Positions 58,501-64,000 of a DNA stretch of 64,000 bases are shown in pieces; positions within the stretch are counted from its first letter, which is position 1, and every line of letters begins with the position of its first letter. This DNA comes from Antedon mediterranea (Eukaryota > Animalia > Echinodermata), in assembly GCF_964355755.1 (NCBI RefSeq), contig NC_092670.1, positions 40,846,388 to 40,910,387 on the forward strand, written 5' to 3'. The notes below the pieces were generated by a model. That model was not told where the DNA came from. It ran no database searches and saw nothing but the letters and a program-made list of their open reading frames with translations. Position numbers and translations under genes: made by a program.

Positions 58501-61500
58501 TAGCTCATATTGAATTATATTTGTCTTTTATTTTTTTATTTTAGTTGGATCAGCGCCATACTTTGATAAACCGATTGATGACACATCAACTCCCAAGGGA
58601 GAACAAGCTAAGTTTGAGTGTAAGGTTGTAGGCAGACCAGCACCTCAAGTTAAATGGTAAATGTTATTATTGATCATCTTCCATTCAATAGCAACTAAAC
58701 TCACTAATTAGTTTATAATGCTGTAACTTATATAACTGCAACCCAATCCATAGTTGGCTATGCCATTTTAGTCTGAGATACCAAGACCTCTGAAATTTTA
58801 GGCCCCTAAGAATTTACTATCTTCAGGATATCACTCTACTGTCCACACATAATACTTTCAAATTTCAATGATTAGTACATTTTTCAATTCAATTTTTTGT
58901 ACATGAAGGATGCATATTTTAGGCTAATAAGCACCCAATGAATAAATAAATAAATGTATAAAGACTTCATGCACTTCTCTTACAGGTTCAAGAATGGTAT
59001 TGAATTGTACTCTGGTTTCCGTGTGCACATGAGAGAAAACGACAATACATATTCATTAGTATTGGACGATATACAAGAATCTGACCAATCAGAAATCACT
59101 TGTGAAATTTCAAATAAAGCTGGAAAAGCAAGCTGCTCAGCCAAGCTAAAAGTAGAAGGTTAGTGTTACCGTAATCTGTACATCGTCATTGATGGCTTCT
59201 TTGTTGTTGAAACAGCATTTGCAAGCCACATTGTTACTTTGTCATCTCTATCATCAGTGTGTGTACCATTTTCTTCATTTTTGCCATCCTGAGATGAGTA
59301 GTAGTAATTATTACAGGTTTTTTTAAATTAATTTATATGTAATTTTACTGTCTATGGACCAGAGATTCTGAAATAAAAGATTGAATGAGTGAATATCATC
59401 GTTATCATCAACATTCTCACTTCCATTAGTGTTGATGCCGTAGAATTATATTGTAGTATCAACTTATTTTCATCATAGCCATTTCTTCCATATTTTATTC
59501 GTATCATTTATTGTTAATATGTTTTATTTTTCTCGTTCAGTTCCACCAAAAATAGCTGGACCACCTCGTGATGTCCAAGTGGAGTCAGGGTCACCATTTA
59601 AGGTCAAAGTTTTATATGATGGTAAAGGAAAGATTAACGCTCGCTGGACTAAAGATGGAGAGCCAGTTGAAGGTGCATTCATTTTATTTCTATATACTCT
59701 TTGCTTTGTACAGTAATTATTTTGCACTTTTTTTATCAGTCATCTAGGTCATTGTTTTAATGATTTTGGGATTTTTTTCAGCTGATGCGCGTATAAAACA
59801 AGTTGTATTTGATGACTATGTGATGTTCACTGCACGAGAAGCAGTACCAGATGACGCTGGAGACTACAAGGTGGCAATTGGCAATGACATTGGTGAAGAT
59901 AGTGTCATATTTACTGTAGATATTTTATGTAAGTTTATATTATCAATATTTTTCATTCTTAACTTTATTTCCTTGTTTAGAAATGACATTTTGTACCACA
60001 AACCTTATTTTAATAACGCTTCTTTGCTATGTAAACCTTTAAACATTATTTGTTTATATTTCATGTTGTCTTTTGATATCATGTCATGATAGATTTTAAT
60101 AGTAGTAATATAAATTACCAACTGACTTAATGCTGTTCTACCCAGATTCCTTGAGGAGTTTTTCAATTTTTACTAAATCTGTTTAAATTTTTAATTTACT
60201 TGGGTAAATTACTGGCATATTATATCTGAAGGTTTAGTGTAGTGATAACAATGTATAATAATTAATTAATTATTACAGCCCCACCTGGTCCTCCAGAAAA
60301 CTTTGATGTTGGAAGAGTGACAGATACATCAATCACTATTGCCTGGAAACCACCAAAGAAGAAGGGAGGTTGTCCAATCAAAAACTATGTTACAGAACGT
60401 AAAGAGGATGGTACAGAAGCATGGGTCACAGGTCAGTTAGGCTCTGTCTACACTATCAACTAATTAGTTTGAAAACTGTGATGTCATTGTGTCCATATAC
60501 GGGCACATCACATTTTGTATTATAAAGTTTAATCATGTAAACATAGCTTAAAAAGACTAGACAGACAACATGCTCCTTATGTATTATACTAGTTTTTAAC
60601 TTTAATTAGTTGTTTTTAGCAAGAGGATTGTACAAGGATTGGTGGGGGCGGGGGTATTTTCCAAAATCTTTCTAAATTTCTTGTATTCTGTATCTCAATA
60701 TCCATTCCTAAAATTGGAATTTCTGAGGCCCATTTTATAATCATTAGTTTCATGTAGTGCTGTGTTTTAATTTACAATATCATATCCTAGAGTTCTTCTT
60801 TTCTTCTTCTTTCAGTTGGTAGCTTCATAAAAGACACCACATATGTAGTACAAGGACTAACAACACATAAGTTATACCATTTAAGAGTGAGTGCTGAGAA
60901 TGATATTGGTATTGGTAAACCTGTTGCTACCAGCTCTGCAATCCTTGCCAAGAATCCATTTGGTAACTTTTAGTTGTTTTTATTTTTTTTTAAAGAGACA
61001 GTTGTACAAAATTTATGGAGTGTTCTTTAAATGTAAATCACACAAAGTGCAAATTATAAATGATCTTGATAAACTTTATTTAAAAACTGTTTTTAACAGA
61101 GGACGATCCTAAATTATGTTAAAAAAGTACTGCATTAATTGCAGGATTCTTCTTCTTTCTTGGTTGCTTGATTGGGGATGATCACCCCACTACCGATGTT
61201 GAGATATTCCAGGATTGCAGGATTCAATATCATCAGTAATTGTTTATGGTATTATTGTATTAATTTTTTCTTTTTCTAGATGCACCAAGCAAACCAGGTG
61301 TGCCAGATGTCACAGAGGTCGGCAAAGACTTTGTAAACCTTATATGGGCTCGCCCAGAATCTGATGGTGGAAGACCCATATTAGGCTACTTTGTGGAAAA
61401 AGCTGAAGCAGGCACTGATAGATGGGTAAACAATAAATTTGCATGAGTTGGTTATTGGACATCCTTTATTTTATTTTAATTTTATTCTTTTAAGCAAAAA

Positions 61501-63948
61501 CAAAACAAACAGCACAATAGAAGAGTGCACCGGGAATGGTGTGACCTTTAAACTCTGAATTTAGTTGTCTTTATTACATAACAGCTTTACTTCACTGCAT
61601 TTATAAAATATATACATGTTTTCTGTTTCCTTTTTCCATTAGGTACGTGTAAGTAAAAATCCAGTAGTGTCATTATCGTATAATCTTCCAAATCTAATTG
61701 AAGATAGGAATTATGAATTCAGGGTATTTGCCGTGAATGAAGGTGGACTTAGCGAACCCTCAACAGCAAGTACTGCCGTTAAAATCAAAGATCCTAAAGG
61801 TAAATGTCAAAGCTCTCACTTTTCTCAGATTATAATGACAAAATATATTTTAACGTAAAAAATTTCTGTTAAACAAATTATGGGTTGAAAATGAAAGACA
61901 AAACTATGAGGATGATGAAGTCATGCATGAGTGACTTTTATATAACCCTCTATGGGGCCTAAATTGCTCTATTTTCCGTGCCCATATATGGGAATAATGG
62001 CATGGGTAGAGTCTATACATCTCAAGAAATACCATGGAAGATCTATGAAAGATATTGGTTTTTAAAATAACTGAGCTACTGTACTTGCTCAAAATATATG
62101 TAATGTTTTTTAAATGTTTGAAATAAATCTATTATTTCTATTACAGAGGTGATCAGGCCAAAAATTCTAAAAGCATTGGAAGACACAACAGTAGAACAAG
62201 GCAAAGCTGCTAAATTTGAGGTTTCATACACAGGAAAGCCTAAACCAGATATTAGATGGTGTGTTTATTAATTTATTTTTTTTTTCTCTACATTCTTAGT
62301 TGGCAAACTTGCAAAGATGAAAAAAAAGAATAACTAACTTAAGAAAATGAAATTACAGAATATACCTAAGTAGGAATTGTGCTTAAAACTAACCATGTGA
62401 CATGTGTTTACTTTTATTTAGGTTTAAAGGTCAGAGAGAAATATATTCAAATGATAAGTATTTGATATCATTTGATGGTGACACATGTATACTGAATATA
62501 AGTCAAGTATTTGGAGAAGATAGCGATGAATATTCATGTGAAATTAGTAATATTGGCGGCAAGAAGTTCAGTCGAGCTGATCTCATCATCAAATGTACGT
62601 AGTAAACGTTCTTAATACTCTATACCGTTTAAAGCAAACAAAATAAGAGAGCAATCAATGCTTAATTTAGAAAAACCCTGATTCTTCTTGACCATTGGTA
62701 GAAGAAATGTTATCAGATAAAGACTTAAGCTCTGTCTACACTATCAAACTATAGTTTGACAAAAAGAAGTGTGATATGTCCCAATATGGTACTGATATAC
62801 ATTATCATTATAGGCACATCAATTTTTCACTTAAAGTTTGTAGACAGAGCTTTAGACTGGAGATCCAGTGTACACATCTGGCCTATGTGCATATTAATGA
62901 ACCCAGTGCATCTCTCACCACCTGTCGTGGACAGAAGAATGAGCGCTGTTTGGTAGCAGCTCGACAACAAATGGATGGATAAAAATTGTTGTATTAAACA
63001 TCTAGTCCATTTTATAAAGCGCAATATATATATACAATACGTAAAGCACTTACAATATTTGTATTAAGCACTATGTAAAGTCTACCATTTATTGTTATTA
63101 ATACAATAATATTTTTAACAGGTCCACCAAAAATTAAGTTACCACCACGTTTCCGAGATATAGTATATATTGAGAAAGGCCAGACAATCAAACTCAAAAT
63201 ACCAATCACAGGATTACCAAAACCTAAGTCATCGTGGTCTAAAGACGGTACAAATGTAAACCGTGGTGTAGAAGCGGCCGATCGTTATTCCACGTTGACA
63301 GTAGACAGAGCAGATCGCCAGCATTCTGGCTTGTATAAAATATCGGCTGAAAATGCATTAGGAAAAGATTCAGCAACAATCAATGTACAAGTATGTGGTA
63401 AGTAGTAGTGGTATTAATTATTATATCTTCCCTAGGTCAATGTCACACACGAGAGCCTAAGATTGAATGTTGCTGGTGGACTAAAGGCCTACAATTTAAG
63501 CCTGGATCGCTATTAAGAATTAAATATTTACAACATTCATGAAAAAAATGTCTAATCTGCATAGAAATCACAGAAGATGTCACTTATAATGTCACTTTTA
63601 TATTTTGTCACTTATTTAATGTCATTTATGTCACTTATTTAATGTCACTTATGTTTATAGATGTGCCAGACCCTGCTACAAATCTGAAAGCACAAGATGT
63701 CACTTTTGAATCTGTGGAGTTAACATGGAATGCACCAACAGAAGACGGTGGCAGCCCTATTACAGGATATGTAGTTGAGAAAAGGCCAGCAGACATGGAC
63801 AGCTGGATCAGGGCTGCCTCGACCTCCATGACCTCTTGTATCGTCAGCATGCTTGATACTAATACGCCTTATAAGTTTAGATTACGAGTTGACAATGTGC
63901 ATGGGTCCAGCGAGTATGCTGAAGTCTCTCATACAATAAGTATACCAG
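19576..63948 (+). CDS. Twitchin/projectin-like giant Ig-Fn3 muscle protein (3' partial; continues beyond window)
   Basis: Core exons: 19576-19730, 20381-20529, 20613-20646, 21397-21701, 22900-23232, 23559-23598, 23984-24094, 24452-24636, 24917-25222, 25634-25809, 26149-26222, 26521-26687, 26822-26849, 27114-27586, 29350-29460, 30451-30557, 30874-31012, 35098-35225, 35674-35941, 38534-38812, 39112-39375, 39715-39981, 40417-40701, 41554-41853, 42228-42530, 42812-43114, 44825-45106, 45585-45772, 46189-46303, 46584-46886, 47198-47479, 47753-48055, 48512-48814, 49161-49448, 49956-50255, 50990-51292, 51600-51754, 52226-52661, 52984-53280, 53676-53835, 54232-54374, 54897-55190, 55451-55753, 55946-56094, 57776-57926, 58030-58134, 58231-58428, 58545-58656, 58986-59158, 59541-59672, 59782-59928, 60279-60431, 60816-60962, 61280-61425, 61643-61799, 62147-62258, 62422-62594, 63122-63397, 63661-63948. 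I-set Ig (P.P...W, D.G.Y) and titin-type Fn3 (W.PP..DGG..I.GY.VE, YEFRV.A.N.AG) motifs; order Ig12-Fn3-(Ig-Fn2)2-Ig-Fn3-Ig-Fn2-Ig-Fn3-Ig2-Fn2-Ig2-Fn. Confidence 0.92.
24673..24800 (+). mobile_element. tRNA-derived SINE remnant
   Basis: A-box-like TGGCTTAGTG and B-box-like GGTTCAACACC; related copy at ~158-260 sharing AGGGTCCTTGGTTCAA and CAATACAGC.CCAC. Confidence 0.55.
25881..25922 (+). ncRNA. Degenerate minimal hammerhead-ribozyme-like motif (Penelope-type)
   Basis: CTGATGA-AGAGC-TAGTGTT-GCCT-GAAA-GCTC: both core boxes and palindromic AGCT stem III; stems I and II imperfect. Confidence 0.4.
27114..27586 (+). CDS. PEVK-like exon of twitchin
   Basis: P/E/V/K/A-rich frame with three copies of PVEEKPI(E/A)VKKTAPKEESA; phases fit flanking exons. 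Confidence 0.85.
28071..28139 (+). CDS. Candidate 69-nt cassette exon (EQEQKLSLTNKQTGHRGSISSRR)
   Basis: TGCAG| ... GAG|GTGAC, open frame, phase 1-1. Confidence 0.5.
28550..28895. repeat. Imperfect (CAT)n microsatellite
   Basis: CATCAT runs interrupted by CAACCT/TACCT; shorter tract at ~25496-25562. Confidence 0.95.
29570..29935. mobile_element. MITE family B copy with 85-bp tandem triplication of its right end
   Basis: TACAGTCAACTCTCC left end; AAACCAGACATATTTGGCAAGCC...GTCCGGTATAGAGAGTTGA recurs at 29696, 29781, 29866. Confidence 0.7.
31628..31645 (+). CDS. Candidate 18-nt microexon (AETANK)
   Basis: Pyrimidine tract + CATTAG| ... AAG|GTTAGT, phase 1-1. Confidence 0.5.
32227..32307 (+). 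CDS. Candidate 81-nt cassette exon (DKKIGTSSRTNSASSSRTSSVEDLLAQ)
   Basis: TTACAG| ... AAG|GTTTAA, open frame, phase 1-1, paralogous to next exon. Confidence 0.65.
32734..32811 (+). CDS. Candidate 78-nt cassette exon (AIFGGAGSRKSTPCSSRRSSMDLLEE)
   Basis: TTACAG| ... AAG|GTTAAA, open frame, phase 1-1, GC-richer than flanks. Confidence 0.68.
33276..33890. repeat. ~37-bp minisatellite, ~17 diverged copies
   Basis: Unit AAAATTCCCAGGGGCCATATGTCCAACATCACAGTAC. Confidence 0.95.
34179..34196 (+). CDS. Candidate 18-nt microexon (ASPQLL)
   Basis: Very long pyrimidine tract then CAAAG| ... TTG|GTAAAG, phase 1-1. Confidence 0.45.
36867..36941 (+). CDS. Candidate 75-nt cassette or alternative-start exon (QHHCLATMSNKEFAKLVSTGELPKD)
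   Basis: TGACAG| ... ATG|GTAGGC, phase 1-1 between Ig8 and Ig9; in-frame ATG at 36887. Confidence 0.5.
38110..38480. repeat. Degenerate AT-rich ~30-bp tandem repeat
   Basis: Recurring ATATATGAATATTCAAATATAATAACATAA. Confidence 0.8.
39463..39665. repeat. 65-bp tandem repeat x3
   Basis: TATTGCAAACCAAGAC at 39468, 39533, 39598. Confidence 0.95.
40735..41024. mobile_element. Tc1/mariner-type MITE family B with internal ~30-bp tandem repeat
   Basis: TACAGTCAACTCTCCCAA ... TTGGGGAGTTGACAGTA; related sequence at ~23355-23515 and ~29570-29920. Confidence 0.7.
41156..41481. repeat. 23-bp minisatellite x14, essentially perfect
   Basis: Unit ACACCAGACAATGCTACTATGAT. Confidence 0.97.
43151..44470 (-). 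mobile_element. Non-autonomous Helitron (1320 bp)
   Basis: On the minus strand begins A|TCTATATATA and ends GCGAGCGAAGCGAGCGTACCATCTAG|T: 5'-TC, 3' hairpin, 3'-CTAG, inserted between A and T, no TSD. No RepHel ORF. Confidence 0.8.
45909..46099. mobile_element. Palindromic MITE
   Basis: GGTCTTTCACACCTGTTC / GAACAAGTGTTAAAGACC ends; inner TTCGTTTTCATG / CATGAAAACGAA. Confidence 0.72.
48153..48284. mobile_element. MITE family A copy (opposite orientation)
   Basis: AGCTCTGTCTACACTATCAAAC ... GTTTGATAGTGTAGAC. Confidence 0.85.
49521..49723. mobile_element. Tourist-like MITE with TAA target duplication
   Basis: TAA|AGCCTGTTTTCCTGTCAA ... TTGACAGGAAACAGGCT|TAA. Confidence 0.8.
50468..50902. repeat. 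31-bp minisatellite x14
   Basis: Unit AATCTGGTTACCATGGGTTCGTTGATTGCCT. Confidence 0.97.
52790..52934 (-). mobile_element. RTE-clade LINE 3' fragment
   Basis: Translation RPGRPMLRWFDRIKTLIG...LTEDRVL resembles the GRP..RW.D.I...DR..W tail of RTE ORF2; frameshifted and truncated. Confidence 0.6.
53383..53524. mobile_element. MITE family A, near full-length copy
   Basis: AGCTCTGTCTACACTATCAA ... TTGATAGTGTAGACATAGCT inverted ends with internal GTGTGATGTGCCCAAATATGG. Confidence 0.85.
56172..57288. repeat. 31-bp minisatellite x36 containing ATACTTACCTG
   Basis: Unit TTATAGATACTTACCTGTATCAACCTACA(A/C)A; first core 56178, last 57263, period 31. Confidence 0.98.
57368..57686. repeat. Adjacent 55-bp x2 and 45-bp x4 tandem repeats
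   Basis: AATGTTTTACTTGCC at 57368 and 57423; GTTTTTTGTTGATTGACC from 57507 with period 45. Confidence 0.9.
62728..62851. mobile_element. Tourist/PIF-Harbinger-like MITE family A (representative copy)
   Basis: TIR AGCTCTGTCTACAC... / ...GTAGACAGAGCT with TTA on both sides. Related full or partial copies at about 5008-5158, 6734-6840, 8686-8745, 37615-37705, 41993-42099, 48153-48284, 53383-53524, 53965-54086, 60441-60548. Confidence 0.85.
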
Positions 63949-64000
63949 GTAGGCTTTACACAATTTATACTTTTTCAAAACTATTTTGAACAATATTATA

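Overview
AT-rich, intron-rich metazoan (invertebrate-like) genomic DNA; nothing prokaryotic and no CRISPR array. Four spliced genes were rebuilt by hand from GT-AG junctions and phase: (1) a crotonase/enoyl-CoA hydratase-family gene (-, 845-3789) with a mitochondrial-type N-terminus and C-terminal SKL; (2) head-to-head with it, TCP1/CCT-alpha (+, 4158-9063, 12 exons) with a heat-shock element in intron 1; (3) tail-to-tail, the mitochondrial folate/FAD carrier SLC25A32 (-, 9950-13936); (4) a twitchin/projectin-type mini-titin (+, 19576 to beyond the window; 21 Ig, 18 Fn3, PEVK segment; kinase presumably downstream). Introns hold minisatellites, several MITE families, a non-autonomous Helitron, LINE/SINE remnants and a degenerate hammerhead-like motif. 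Most notable: a 36-copy intronic minisatellite whose unit contains the exact U1 snRNA 5' end (ATACTTACCTG); a set of frame-preserving micro/cassette exons carrying kinase-site motifs in the twitchin linker; a DFRxxL/RRxS exon resembling the molluscan catch D1 site and the MyBP-C M-domain; and a MITE family carrying CArG boxes. All coordinates were read by eye; no searches were run.
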